Positions 19,407-31,142 of a stretch of DNA of 64,000 nucleotides are shown here, piece by piece. The position numbers and the translations under genes were made by a program. This DNA comes from Escherichia phage MN03. A model generated the notes under the pieces. It ran no database searches and was not told the DNA's origin. It worked only from the letters and a program-made list of their open reading frames with translations. The stretch lies in the sequence record NC_070990.1. One strand, given 5' to 3'. Position 1 is the stretch's first letter. Each line of letters opens with the position of its first letter.

Positions 19407-22400
19407 ATGGCTAACATTAAACCGTGGGAAGAAGCTTCCAAAGCTCCTGCGTATCTGAATGCCTCTCCGGAGCAACAAGCTCAAATGAGAGAACAATATA
19501 AGGCAGCAGGTGGCTCTATTCCTGAGGAACAACCAGTAGCACAACCACAACAAGAAGAACGTGGTGCTATAGGTGAGTTTGCTCAAGGTGTGTCAAATGC
19601 TCTTCAATCTGGTGGTGCAAATATTGCAGCTAGTGCTGCTAAAGGTATTGGTGGTTTAGTTGAGATTGGTGAGAATCTAGCTGGAGCACAAACTAGTTAT
19701 GGTAAGCGTATCCAAGAGAACTCTCAGAACCTTCTGAAAGAACGTATGGATAAGATTGAGGATGGGATTGGTAAAACTGTCGGTCAGTATGCTGGCGTTG
19801 CTGGTGATATCGGTTTGACAGTTGCTAACCCATTGGCTGCTGCTGCTATCATCGCAGGTCGTGAGACAGGTCGTGCATATGCAGACCAAACCCCTGAAGA
19901 GGGAGAGGATAAGTCTATTCTAGATGCAGCCTTAGTTGGTGGTGCTAACTATGCAGCTCAGAGAATCCTTCCGGGTGCTGTTGGTACAGCTGAGTCCACA
20001 CTTGGACGTATTGGTCAGAACGTTGCTAGTAACGCAGTGGCTGGTGCTAAAGGTGGTGCTCTTGTGGGTGCTGCTGAAGTTCAGAACAAGTATGGCGACG
20101 ACAACGATCTAGCTAAGACATTGGAAGGTGTTATCGAAGAAGGGGCTATGGGTGCTGCATTTGGTGGCGCAGTTGGTGGGGTTCATGGTTTGATTAGCCG
20201 TCCAGATTCTGCTGTCTTCAAGAACACTCCAGAGTATGCGAAGACTGATATTGCTGCTGATGATGAACTGATTCGTAGTGCTAAGAATATTGATGAACTG
20301 AAAGAAGCTTATTCTAAAGCTGAAACTGCTAATGCTGCTTCTGCTCTGAACCTTCTGGATGAGAATGGATTCCGTATTACAGATGCTGTTGCTGTAGACT
20401 TCCCTGCTGCTCAGCGTATTCTTAATACTGACCAAGCTCGTGCTGAGAAAGCTGCTTCCGTTCAGAAAGAACATTCCAACATTCCGGGCCTCAACCCTTT
20501 AGCTTCTCCTGCTAAGACTCGTGGTAAAGCATTCGCTGACAACGAGCACAACCAGAAGCAGGCTGTTGCTATGAAGGATGCAATGGCTGATTACACCAAA
20601 GACAATACGAAAGCTCTTACAGATGTTCTAGATAACCTAGACCGTGAATTAACTTCTCTCCGAGCTTCTGGTGATTTTACTGGTAGTCCGATTGATATTA
20701 AGAACCGTACACAAGCCGACCGTGATTTCATTGATGCTTACAAGACTTTCTACAATGAAGCAAATCGATTCAAAGCTCGTGATGGTGAAGACTTTAATAA
20801 CTTTGTAGAGAAAGCTGCTGAACTACAGAAGATGGCTGATAATGTTTCTCCAGAGATGAAGAAAGCTATCGGTGGGTTGAAGAAACTGAAAGGTATGCCT
20901 GAAGGTTTTAATCCTATCCAAGATGCTTACACTCTGAACAATACAGCTAAGTTCATGAGCAATCAAGATCGTGGTTGGACTTCCCTGACTGATGATGGAT
21001 TCCGTGAGACTTCTTCACCTAGTCTGGTAATGAACACTCTCGGTGCTGCTAAGTATGCTCTGAATCGCTTCTCTTCTCAGCGTGCTCGCTCTCAACGTGT
21101 TAAGCAACAAGAATCTAACAGTGAAGCTATCCGCTCTCTGGCTCGTGGTGATTTGGAAGTTGCTCGTGCTAAATCTACTGCTGATGAAGCTCGTGCTAAG
21201 ATGGAAGAAGAACCAGTTGTTGATGACATTAAATTTAAGACGCAAAATGACGTGGAAACCGAACCGGTTCTGGAGCCTTCTTCTAGTACTGTGACGGAAG
21301 AAAATCTTCCTTCTTCTACTCCTCAAGAAACCCCTCTCACAGCTCGTGATTTAGTTGCGCAAAGACGCGCTATCCGTCAGGCTGAACAGCGTCGCGCTGA
21401 AGAAGAGGCGGCGGCGGCTCAAGAAGCTCCGGTCGAACAAGCTCCACAGGCTGAACCTCTCCCTGCTCGTAACCCTCTAGAGGAGCGTCGTGCAATGGAA
21501 CAGCAACGTGCTCAAGAAGAGGCCGCACAGGCTCCAGAACCAACCGTAGAGGAACCAACAGTCAAAGCTGAGCCATTACCTGCTCGTGCTCCTAAAGCTC
21601 CTAAGGAAGCTGTACAGGACGTTAAACCGGCAAGTGGTGTAGAACGTTTAGCTGCTATGTCTAGTGCTGCTCGTCAGGCTACTAAAGATCGTGCAGAACG
21701 CTTTGCTCGTTCTCTGTACTCTAAGGCTGCTAAAGCTAAAGCTACTGCTGAAAACTTCTTGGCTTATAAAGGCGATCCTAAGGAACTGATGCGTCGTATT
21801 CGTCAGGAAGACAATGCTATCAACACTGAACGTCATGAAGAAATGGCTCGTAACCAGCTGGCTTCTCAGCAAGGTATTGCTACTGCTAAGAACAACACTG
21901 TACGAACTAATTTTGCTGAATGGGTTAAGGAACGTGGTCTGCCAGAAGACATTGCTACTAAGGCATTACGTGCTGAAGAGAAAGGTTTAGGTGGGAACGT
22001 AACTAACTTGGATAGTCTGAAACGTCGTGCTGAAAGGTTGTATCAGAAGCAGCGTGAGGATGAGTTTGATAGACTGTATCAACAAGCTCTAGAAGAGAAC
22101 AAAGCTTTCGATAAGAAAGATGCTCCTAAACTGGTTGACCAGAAGAAAGAGCTTCAGTCTGAGATTGATGCTTTGATTGATTCAGAACCTTTACGTCCTG
22201 CTCAGAAAGATGCTATGCGTAAGCTGATGAATGACTTTGTAGATGGGAAGTTTAAATCTTCAGAGAAGGCTGGTAGGGAAGAGGCTTTGGAAGTTGGTCA
22301 GATGAAGGATATTTGGGATGGGTTTATTAACACCTACAACAGAGAAGTGAATGCCTTCAACAAAGCTAACAAGAACTCTCAGTACGAAGCTGCTGCTAAG

Positions 22401-23828
22401 CACTTACAGGCTCGTGAAGAACGTCTTGCTACCCTCAGGAAAAAGGCTCAGGCTCGTTCAGATGCTAAGGCTGCTGTTGAGAATGAACGTAAAACTTTAG
22501 AGGCTATTGCAGCTCAGAAGAGTGAGATTGAGAAGATGATGGAAGGTTTACCTAAACCTGTTCGTGAGGCTCAGGAATCTCGTACATTGAAACAGTTGGC
22601 TGCTCACCATGACAAGAACTCTCCAGTTCCTCCAGAGAAGTTCCGTAGTTACATTGAACGTATCCACAACGCCGAGTCAGATTACCTTGATCGTCAGCGT
22701 CGTTTAACTGATGCAGAGGAAGATGCTCGTCAGGCCAAGTGGAACAAGATGTACGAGCAAGCGGAAGAGATGAACCGTAAGTTTGATGTGGACAAGAGAG
22801 TTAAGCGCAGTGAAGAGCTTAAAGCGGCCCAAGAGCGTGAGAATGATCTTATGGCAGTACAACGTCAACGTGATGACATTCATCGCCGCCTGATGCGTAC
22901 TATGGAAGATAAGGGCATATCTAGAGAGGATGCTGAAGCGTTTGCTGGTTCCTATATGGACAACCGTTATGCACTTCTTGAGAAACCTATGACTCCTACT
23001 GAACATCAGAATGCTCGTTCTCGTATCGAAGCTGATGTTGAGAAGTTTGCTAAGAAGTACGAATCAATGACTCCTATCGAGAAAGAGATTGTTAAGGTTA
23101 CTGGAGATACTGAAGGTAAGCTTGATAACTTGGATGCGGATACTAGGAAGGCTATTGAGGAGGCTCAGAAGGTTGACTCTGATATTAAGAAACTGCAAGA
23201 GGAAGAGTTGGAGATGGAGAAGATTCGTTCTGCTCTGCCTGATGATGAAAGATCTCAAGCAAATTCTGATATCTTGGAAAGCATTAAACAACAGGAAGAG
23301 GTCTTTGCTGATAAAGTAGAGAAAGCTTTCTTGAGTGGGAAGAGCTTGGATGAGTTGGCTAGTGTGGCTGAAGTTTTAGACAGGGTTCATGGTGCAGATA
23401 AGGCTGGTAACAACCGTCGCTTTGTACGTGCATTGCAGACTGCTGCTGAAAACAAGAAGAAGTATGGTGATAATCCAGTAGCTTGGTTTAGTGCTGATGA
23501 TTACTCTGCCATTGCTAAACTTGGTGCTTCTTCCGCAGGTGGTAACAAATCCAGAGCACTGGAGAAGATCTTTGGTTCTACAGCTGAACAGGCTAAGAGT
23601 AAGTTGCTTGGTAGGGATGATGTAGCGAAGATGAGACGTGTGATTGAAGAGAACCCTGATATCAAGATTCCTTCTTACAAGACAACAAATCGTACTGAGT
23701 ACTTGCAGTTCTTGGAGAAGTTTAATGACGAAGGGAAGCCTAAGATTAAACGTGGCTCATTGTCAGAGAAGCTTGAACGCAGTAAGCGTCAATCGAGACT
23801 CCGTGTAAGAGTTCGACCTAAGGAGTGA
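19407..23828 (+). CDS. large internal virion / ejection protein (1474 aa, highly charged, repeat-containing)
   Basis: AAAGGAGA RBS at this ATG (the ORF-track start at 19362 overlaps the promoter motif); EPLPAR repeats and long charged helices; last late gene. Confidence 0.5.
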   Translation: MANIKPWEEASKAPAYLNASPEQQAQMREQYKAAGGSIPEEQPVAQPQQEERGAIGEFAQGVSNALQSGGANIAASAAKGIGGLVEIGENLAGAQTSYGKRIQENSQNLLKERMDKIEDGIGKTVGQYAGVAGDIGLTVANPLAAAAIIAGRETGRAYADQTPEEGEDKSILDAALVGGANYAAQRILPGAVGTAESTLGRIGQNVASNAVAGAKGGALVGAAEVQNKYGDDNDLAKTLEGVIEEGAMGAAFGGAVGGVHGLISRPDSAVFKNTPEYAKTDIAADDELIRSAKNIDELKEAYSKAETANAASALNLLDENGFRITDAVAVDFPAAQRILNTDQARAEKAASVQKEHSNIPGLNPLASPAKTRGKAFADNEHNQKQAVAMKDAMADYTKDNTKALTDVLDNLDRELTSLRASGDFTGSPIDIKNRTQADRDFIDAYKTFYNEANRFKARDGEDFNNFVEKAAELQKMADNVSPEMKKAIGGLKKLKGMPEGFNPIQDAYTLNNTAKFMSNQDRGWTSLTDDGFRETSSPSLVMNTLGAAKYALNRFSSQRARSQRVKQQESNSEAIRSLARGDLEVARAKSTADEARAKMEEEPVVDDIKFKTQNDVETEPVLEPSSSTVTEENLPSSTPQETPLTARDLVAQRRAIRQAEQRRAEEEAAAAQEAPVEQAPQAEPLPARNPLEERRAMEQQRAQEEAAQAPEPTVEEPTVKAEPLPARAPKAPKEAVQDVKPASGVERLAAMSSAARQATKDRAERFARSLYSKAAKAKATAENFLAYKGDPKELMRRIRQEDNAINTERHEEMARNQLASQQGIATAKNNTVRTNFAEWVKERGLPEDIATKALRAEEKGLGGNVTNLDSLKRRAERLYQKQREDEFDRLYQQALEENKAFDKKDAPKLVDQKKELQSEIDALIDSEPLRPAQKDAMRKLMNDFVDGKFKSSEKAGREEALEVGQMKDIWDGFINTYNREVNAFNKANKNSQYEAAAKHLQAREERLATLRKKAQARSDAKAAVENERKTLEAIAAQKSEIEKMMEGLPKPVREAQESRTLKQLAAHHDKNSPVPPEKFRSYIERIHNAESDYLDRQRRLTDAEEDARQAKWNKMYEQAEEMNRKFDVDKRVKRSEELKAAQERENDLMAVQRQRDDIHRRLMRTMEDKGISREDAEAFAGSYMDNRYALLEKPMTPTEHQNARSRIEADVEKFAKKYESMTPIEKEIVKVTGDTEGKLDNLDADTRKAIEEAQKVDSDIKKLQEEELEMEKIRSALPDDERSQANSDILESIKQQEEVFADKVEKAFLSGKSLDELASVAEVLDRVHGADKAGNNRRFVRALQTAAENKKKYGDNPVAWFSADDYSAIAKLGASSAGGNKSRALEKIFGSTAEQAKSKLLGRDDVAKMRRVIEENPDIKIPSYKTTNRTEYLQFLEKFNDEGKPKIKRGSLSEKLERSKRQSRLRVRVRPKE

Positions 23829-23835
23829 TAAAAGA

Positions 23836-23870
23836 AAAGCCCCAACCGAAAGGAAGGGGCTTTATTTGTT
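23836..23870. terminator. bidirectional terminator at the convergence of the two arms
   Basis: AAAGCCCC-loop-GGGGCTTT hairpin flanked by A-rich sequence on the left and T-rich on the right. Confidence 0.65.
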
Positions 23871-24022
23871 TCTAAGTTTTAAAAACCATCAAATTCGTCA
23901 TACATCCCAATTCTCTTCAGAAGTCTGGATGTTCATCTTCAAAGCATCCTGAGATGCCTCCATAGAACCAATCCGATTTACTTCCAAGGATAACAACTTC
24001 TTCATTCATATACCCTCCTAGA

Positions 24023-24178
24023 TTGTGTTTATAAAATTAATAAGCTTCTCTTCGCTTTCATCAAAAGCTTTTCCAGCTGCTTCCATCTCCCAAGTATGGG
24101 CGTTGTTGATAAAGCTCTGAGCTTCTAATAGGTCGTGGATTAAGTCGAAGAGTTTATTTTTATCTGCTTGTGTGATCA
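24023..24178 (-). CDS. hypothetical small protein (51 aa)
   Basis: AGGAA RBS; below the ORF-track size cut-off. Confidence 0.25.
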
Positions 24179-24187
24179 TGTCAGTTC

Positions 24188-24445
24188 CTAGATTAAATCG
24201 TAATACTGAATAATGTCAGAGAGTTTGAACTCTCGAATCTCATCTTTCTCTACATCTATCGCTGTCATAATCCAACAAGGTTTGCCACCGTTATGAAAAC
24301 GGGAGCTAGCAACGGAGGTTCGGAGTGGAATAACGGACCGGTCAGCAACCTCGCCTCTCCAATTGCGATAGCGAAAGCGAAGCACTTGTTGCGTAGATTT
24401 TTGATCATCACTCATTTCCTTTTTTGAATTGTTTTCTTGCATCAT
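24188..24445 (-). CDS. hypothetical protein
   Basis: The longer ORF-track version overlaps the HNH gene; trimmed to an internal ATG. Confidence 0.3.
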   Translation of the reverse strand: MMQENNSKKEMSDDQKSTQQVLRFRYRNWRGEVADRSVIPLRTSVASSRFHNGGKPCWIMTAIDVEKDEIREFKLSDIIQYYDLI

Positions 24446-24809
24446 TCTCTTCTTTTGTTTTAATCTTATGACAAGGGTCTTTACACAGAACCTGAAAACC
24501 TTCTTTCTCACATAGAGCACGAGAGATGATTTCATCCCAAGTTGCTTCATGATCTAAGGGAACTATAGGCTCTATGTGGTCAATAGCCATATCCTTTACA
24601 GGGTGGTCAGAACCACACATGGCACACTTAAAGTGCATTGCCAGTCTTCCTGTCTTTGGATTAATCTTCTGCTCTGTCTTGGCGTCTGCTAGTGCATCGA
24701 ACATGGGCTTCCACTTTCTAGTCAGAGAACGAATCCCTGACTTGATGAAAGAGTTGTAACGAGCTTCAGTCCACATTCCACTACAGCGAGTCTTCTCAGA
24801 CTTCGCCAT
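24408..24809 (-). CDS. HNH endonuclease
   Basis: CxxC...DHIEPI...CH HNH motif. Confidence 0.7.
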   Translation of the reverse strand: MAKSEKTRCSGMWTEARYNSFIKSGIRSLTRKWKPMFDALADAKTEQKINPKTGRLAMHFKCAMCGSDHPVKDMAIDHIEPIVPLDHEATWDEIISRALCEKEGFQVLCKDPCHKIKTKEENDARKQFKKGNE

Positions 24810-24975
24810 AATCAGCTTCTTCCCAAACTCGTTTGTTTACACGATGACTCACCTTACCCTCACGAGGAATACGACCAGTTCTCTGATCAAACAGTTGATG
24901 TTTAATCTTTTGGTCTTTACGAGATTCACGGTTGGAGGAGTTTTCATCATATGAACGATAATCAAATTTACCCAT
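24796..24975 (-). CDS. hypothetical small basic protein (59 aa)
   Basis: AAGGA RBS; own translation. Confidence 0.25.
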   Translation of the reverse strand: MGKFDYRSYDENSSNRESRKDQKIKHQLFDQRTGRIPREGKVSHRVNKRVWEEADYGEV

Positions 24976-24988
24976 TATAATATCCTTA

Positions 24989-25807
24989 TTACCAAGATTT
25001 ATCTAACCATGTCCAGTCGAACAGGTCTTCCGGAGTCTGACCAACAAAGAGCAGCCGAGCATTCTCAAGCATCTTCTCTTCATCTTCAGTATCGAACTTC
25101 TTATAATATTCCATTCGTACTATATGATACATGGTCCACTTATCCGTAACACCAGCCAATAGTTTAGCTGCTGCTTTCTTCCCTATTCCTTGACGTCGAA
25201 GCTGGAGCTTACCACCCCACATAACTTCTTTACGTTCTCCACATCCGGGGATATTATCTGTACCATCTCCAACCAGCATCTGATAGAAGAAATTTTGCCA
25301 TGAAACTAAATCAGATACGTAGTGAGGAGGAACCTCTTTCTGTCTTTCTCCACAAGCCCAACGATAATGCCATCCGGGAGTTATCAACAAATCCTTGTCT
25401 CTAGTACAGATGATAGTATTCTTATCTCTACGTTGCCTTTCAGCTAGTGCATCATCAGCCTCTCTCCCAAATACATCTATGTATTCATACTTACCTTTAA
25501 TATAATCACCAACGTTTTGCCAGTGAAAAGGTCTTTCTCCGGGAGGTCTATTTGCTTTGTAATCTTGCTGCTTAGCAACATCGAAACGGAAATTACCACC
25601 TTCGCTGAAGTAGAACACAACCTTGCTGCAACCTGAGCGAGCAATGATTGTATCTATCTTGTACTGAAGTCGTTCAATCATGAAATTGTAATCAACTGGA
25701 ACACGTCCTGTGTCAAGAAAGGGATGCTCCTGAGTAAGAGCACCCACTTCATATCGAAGAACGTCAGCATCCACTATAGCAACTTCAGGGAGCTTAACTT
25801 CTTCCAT
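24989..25807 (-). CDS. 5'-3' exonuclease / flap endonuclease (FEN family)
   Basis: GREADDALA motif and H3TH-like VGDGTDNIPG. Confidence 0.65.
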   Translation of the reverse strand: MEEVKLPEVAIVDADVLRYEVGALTQEHPFLDTGRVPVDYNFMIERLQYKIDTIIARSGCSKVVFYFSEGGNFRFDVAKQQDYKANRPPGERPFHWQNVGDYIKGKYEYIDVFGREADDALAERQRRDKNTIICTRDKDLLITPGWHYRWACGERQKEVPPHYVSDLVSWQNFFYQMLVGDGTDNIPGCGERKEVMWGGKLQLRRQGIGKKAAAKLLAGVTDKWTMYHIVRMEYYKKFDTEDEEKMLENARLLFVGQTPEDLFDWTWLDKSW

Positions 25808-26683
25808 AAATATCATCCTGAGCTTGTGCAATAATCCAATCTAGATCTGATACTGCTGATTCAATAGTTGAGTCATTAAACAGTAGATATGTTTTTCTCT
25901 GTTCGCCTTCAATATATGAGCGAGAGTCTCCATCAAAAGAGCAACCATCTCTAAGAACTTGGACAACTTGGACATGGAAATTCTTTTCTAGTTCTCGTAC
26001 CTCTGCATCAAAACCTCCGTCAGTAAACACGACAATATCATCCTGACCTAGCCCTTCTTGTTTGATGCTTTTTACAGCAAGATCCCCCATATGATTGTTG
26101 CCAAACATAGGTTTTAAGAAGTCTTCACTTGTAGAAATCATCAAATCTCTTACAGACTTCCCTCCCCATTCTGGTCTAGGTTTTTCTTTCCATTCACGGT
26201 CTTCATAGCGTGCTAGAAAGTTTTCTAGAGGTATGCCTAGTGCAGCAGCAGCTACCTTGTACATTGGCTCCTTGAAGGATTTGGTTGAATAATTGTGATG
26301 GTATGAATGGGCATTAACCCAAGCATTGGCTATCGTATCTTTACCACAACCCGGAGGCCCATTAAGAATTACTACTAAAGGCTTATAGTGGGAATCTCCC
26401 ACCATATTGGTCAGTGCTGGATTGCCTTGAGATTCCATTTCTAATTGCTCCGTGTGGTCATGTGAGTAATCTACTGGAGAAGTTTTGTTACCAGTAACTT
26501 TAGGTAAAATCGCTCTAGTTGTTTCTACGTACCTACCGCCATCAACATTGATTTGAAACTCTACAAGTTCATTCTGTAATTCATACCCTGATAAGTTGGA
26601 TAGCTCCTCCAACTCATCTCTGACGAAATTTAAATGTTTGATTTTAATTGCAAGAGCTTTCTTTAAAGCTTTTACCTCTTCAT

Positions 26684-26693
<10 letters not shown>
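25794..26693 (-). CDS. P-loop nucleoside monophosphate kinase-like protein
   Basis: NGPPGCGKDT adenylate/NMP-kinase-type P-loop with an extra N-terminal domain. Confidence 0.5.
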
Positions 26694-28179
<1,486 letters not shown>

Positions 28180-28180
<1 letters not shown>

Positions 28181-28443
28181 TATTCTATTCCACGCTCTTT
28201 CAGAGCTTCTAACAATCCATTGTGATTGGCAGCACATTCTGTGTACTGGTCCTGATACCACTCCAACGTAGTGGCTAATGCTTTTCCTTGAGCACTTTCT
28301 AAAAGAGGCAGGTCAACCCTACATTCAGCTTTTAGGTTTGTTGGTAAGGGCATTGATTGCCTGCTGTTGTCGCTCGTTGAACAAGCTGACATACTCATCA
28401 CTAGCGCAGACATTATAAAAAACTGGTTTAGTTTTCTCATAAT
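28180..28443 (-). CDS. o-spanin (Rz1-like outer-membrane lipoprotein)
   Basis: Signal peptide with lipobox MSAC, Pro/Cys-containing periplasmic part; starts inside the i-spanin gene in another frame. Confidence 0.55.
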
Positions 28444-28675
28444 GCATCTCTTTATAAACGGTTTCCGTGTTCTTCTTCCAGTTAGATAAACCGGTAAGAA
28501 CCCTCTGAGCAACTTCATCAGCTGCTCTATTTCTTTCAATCTCTAACTCTTGTTGATGTTTCTCTTTGTCCAGATTACTGCTGTCTGTTTGATATTCGTT
28601 AAACTTCATACCACCAAAGAATACAAGAGCTGAGAAAACGATAAACCCTAAGTTATCACTTAATGTGTTTTGCAT
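28325..28675 (-). CDS. i-spanin (Rz-like)
   Basis: N-terminal TM then coiled-coil periplasmic domain; GGAG RBS at ATG 28675. Confidence 0.55.
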   Translation of the reverse strand: MQNTLSDNLGFIVFSALVFFGGMKFNEYQTDSSNLDKEKHQQELEIERNRAADEVAQRVLTGLSNWKKNTETVYKEMHYEKTKPVFYNVCASDEYVSLFNERQQQAINALTNKPKS

Positions 28676-28688
28676 GTTGTCTCCAACG

Positions 28689-28710
28689 AAAAAAGCCACC
28701 CGGAGGTGGC
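28689..28710 (-). terminator. rho-independent terminator (minus strand)
   Basis: GCCACC-TCCG-GGTGGC hairpin plus TTTTTT on the minus strand. Confidence 0.6.
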
Positions 28711-28732
28711 TAAGCTATAACAAGGAGAGTTA

Positions 28733-29479
28733 TTAGAATGGGCTATCGTTGTCGTCTTCGTAAGTAGAAGCAGGCTCTTTATCAATCGTAGGGATTGAAG
28801 GAGTAGCTTCTTTCTGCTCTGTTTCAGAAGCACGAGTAATTTCACGACCAGCCAGAGGCATATTCTTAGCGTCATTAGCTTGAGTAAGCAGGTTGCGCTG
28901 GAACGGGAACATCAGTTGATAGGATGCTACGTTCTCATCGGTTTCAGCATACGGTTCGAAGAATACCAGAGGACTACGAGCTTCACCAACTGCTGCACGA
29001 TATTTGGTTGGGATTGGAGAAATGGTCTTGATGGAGTTTTTAACTTCACCAGCTTTGTTAGTGTAAGAGTTAACCAGAATGTTAACAGGCTGACCTAACA
29101 GAACATCTTTGAACCAAGACAGATCACCTTTCAGTGCTTGAATACTTGGGTCAATCATCTTGCAAAGATCAAGAATACCAGAGTTCTTAGCTCGTGGGTT
29201 TACATCATAACTCTTGAACTGGCAAGCTGGACGTGGTTCTAATGCCTTACCATCGGAATCTTTACCAGTAGCATCAACACCAATCAGCTCGAAAGCTAAA
29301 TCCATACGGAAAGCCGGATTCTTAGGAGTTACTGCTTTGGTCTTCGGGTCAATCCAAGGGTCACGATTGTGAACACCCAAACCTACTACACGAACGATAC
29401 GTGCTTCGTATTCACCATCAGGGATTACATCGTAGTTGGATTTACGGGAAGAAGTTGCGATAGTTGGAATCATAGACAT
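28733..29479 (-). CDS. putative ssDNA-binding protein
   Basis: Acidic C-terminal tail ending DDNDSPF like SSB/gp2.5 tails; phage-sigma motif upstream. Confidence 0.4.
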   Translation of the reverse strand: MSMIPTIATSSRKSNYDVIPDGEYEARIVRVVGLGVHNRDPWIDPKTKAVTPKNPAFRMDLAFELIGVDATGKDSDGKALEPRPACQFKSYDVNPRAKNSGILDLCKMIDPSIQALKGDLSWFKDVLLGQPVNILVNSYTNKAGEVKNSIKTISPIPTKYRAAVGEARSPLVFFEPYAETDENVASYQLMFPFQRNLLTQANDAKNMPLAGREITRASETEQKEATPSIPTIDKEPASTYEDDNDSPF

Positions 29480-29538
29480 AGTGTAATTTCCTTATTTAAT
29501 TTGAAAGATTGTTGCTCTCTTTGAGCGGTTATGTATAG

Positions 29539-29547
29539 TATACATTA
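29539..29547 (-). promoter_or_regulatory. TAATGTATA motif on the minus strand, candidate phage-sigma promoter
   Basis: Reverse complement gives TAATGTATA 59 nt upstream of the ATG at 29479. Confidence 0.4.
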
Positions 29548-29610
29548 CGCTTATACCGATAAGAGTACTATATAATATAAGAACCTTTGGTAGTAGATAT
29601 AACACACTAG

Positions 29611-29619
29611 TAATGTATA
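29611..29619 (+). promoter_or_regulatory. TAATGTATA motif on the plus strand with no downstream plus-strand ORF
   Basis: Exact motif pointing into minus-strand genes; no ATG-initiated plus ORF for more than 600 nt. Confidence 0.3.
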
Positions 29620-29715
29620 TATTGTATAGCTGATAAAGTTATTGCAGGCTTGTATATTGGGCAATTCACAGAATCCCTTGCAAGTACCGAAGGGCAGGAG
29701 CCACCTGCGAGATAA

Positions 29716-29781
29716 AAATAGAGAATTAAGGAATCCTTGATTTAGGTTGTAGGGACTCCTAGGGACTTTGATTCTCTATTT
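29716..29781. promoter_or_regulatory. 11-bp perfect inverted repeat (AAATAGAGAAT/ATTCTCTATTT) flanking a duplicated AGGGACT core; candidate operator or origin-like element
   Basis: Arms at 29716..29726 and 29771..29781; AGGGACT at 29751 and 29761; inside a 416-bp AT-rich intergenic region. Confidence 0.4.
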
Positions 29782-30025
29782 AAAAGAATATTAATTACTT
29801 ATTACCTAAATAATTAACTAACTTACTTAAACCAAATTCAAGAATAATAGATAAAAAGATTATTCCTAAGAAAGCTAAAAAGTAAAGGATATAAGTTACC
29901 ATTCAAGTAAACCTTTAAAGTTAGACTGTTCTAATATCCTCTGATAACGGAGATTAGAATCAGCTTGTTTCTTTAACATCTCATTATATTGATCTCTGAT
30001 AGAGTCTTTATGTACTACAGGTTCT

Positions 30026-30529
30026 TTAAATAATGAGATCTTGTTCTTTTCTTCTTTCATCAAAAACCTTCCTAATCTCTTGCAGAGAAACAGCTTTATA
30101 ATCAATTTGCTCCATTGATGTACAGAAATATCTCCAATCATCAATTACATGATTATGTGTATGAGCATAAATATTAAACTTTCCTCTCATCTCATCAGTG
30201 TGAATAGGAATATGAGTTACCCAAAACTCTTTGTACTTATAATCACCAGAGATTCTACGGAAGACTTTCATCATATCAGGGAGAAGTTCTAACCTGTCAT
30301 GGTTTCCTAAGACTAGATGCTTCTCTCCTTTTACTTCAGCGATGATATCAAGGGCATACTTTTCAAACACCCAGTCACCAGTAAAGAAGATTTTATCTCG
30401 CTTAGTTACATGATCAAATGCAGCTAGAATTGCTTTGTCATGTTCTTCGATGGTTTTAAATTGCTTACGAAAACTACAGATGTTGCGATGACCTAAGTGA
30501 CCATCCCCTGCAAAATAAACTTCAGCCAT
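30026..30529 (-). CDS. calcineurin-like metallophosphoesterase
   Basis: GDGHLGH, GD and GNHD motifs. Confidence 0.6.
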   Translation of the reverse strand: MAEVYFAGDGHLGHRNICSFRKQFKTIEEHDKAILAAFDHVTKRDKIFFTGDWVFEKYALDIIAEVKGEKHLVLGNHDRLELLPDMMKVFRRISGDYKYKEFWVTHIPIHTDEMRGKFNIYAHTHNHVIDDWRYFCTSMEQIDYKAVSLQEIRKVFDERRKEQDLII

Positions 30530-30538
30530 AAAGACCTC

Positions 30539-30754
30539 TTAGATAGTGCACCCGTCGCAAGTTAAATCACCTAGAAGGGATAGAGAAAGTAATCTGGATT
30601 GCTCATCACTGTATAGTTGATCTATCTCTTCTTTAAGTTTTGCCAACTCAATGAAATTGATAAGTTGACCATGTTCAAGACAGTCAGCTTTTAGTATGAA
30701 CAAAACTTCAGCGTCTGTTGAATCTTCACTTGAGTATTTATCAATGTATTCCAT
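30539..30754 (-). CDS. hypothetical protein
   Basis: ORF with RBS. Confidence 0.3.
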   Translation of the reverse strand: MEYIDKYSSEDSTDAEVLFILKADCLEHGQLINFIELAKLKEEIDQLYSDEQSRLLSLSLLGDLTCDGCTI

Positions 30755-30756
30755 TT

Positions 30757-30978
30757 TTATGCCACATCTCCTTGTTTATTGTTAATAACATCCAGTGCTG
30801 TATAAGCTTTACCTGTTCCTAAGTATTCCAGAACAGGAGGACTCTTCTTTTCTTCAGCGACTATATAAGGTGTGATTTTTCCTTTCAGTACAGCCTGAGA
30901 TGCTTTAGCACTATCTTCAGATGTGTGAATAGTAGTAAGCCCTTTCTTCCCAATTCTATAAGTGTGAACCCAAATCAT
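30757..30978 (-). CDS. hypothetical protein
   Basis: ORF in a tightly packed array. Confidence 0.3.
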   Translation of the reverse strand: MIWVHTYRIGKKGLTTIHTSEDSAKASQAVLKGKITPYIVAEEKKSPPVLEYLGTGKAYTALDVINNKQGDVA

Positions 30979-30980
30979 TC

Positions 30981-31142
30981 TTATTCCTCATATTCCCAAT
31001 TTCTTTCATAATATCCAGAGTTATAGTTTAGGGCGCACTTCTCGGCCTCTTCTATATCGTCAGTGTTTAGGATATTTACCCATCCTCCAACTTCATCAAA
31101 ACCTTCTTCTACTTCGTTAAACCATACACTATACTTTTTCAT
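30981..31142 (-). CDS. hypothetical protein
   Basis: Internal ATG overlapping the upstream stop (ATGA). Confidence 0.3.
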   Translation of the reverse strand: MKKYSVWFNEVEEGFDEVGGWVNILNTDDIEEAEKCALNYNSGYYERNWEYEE

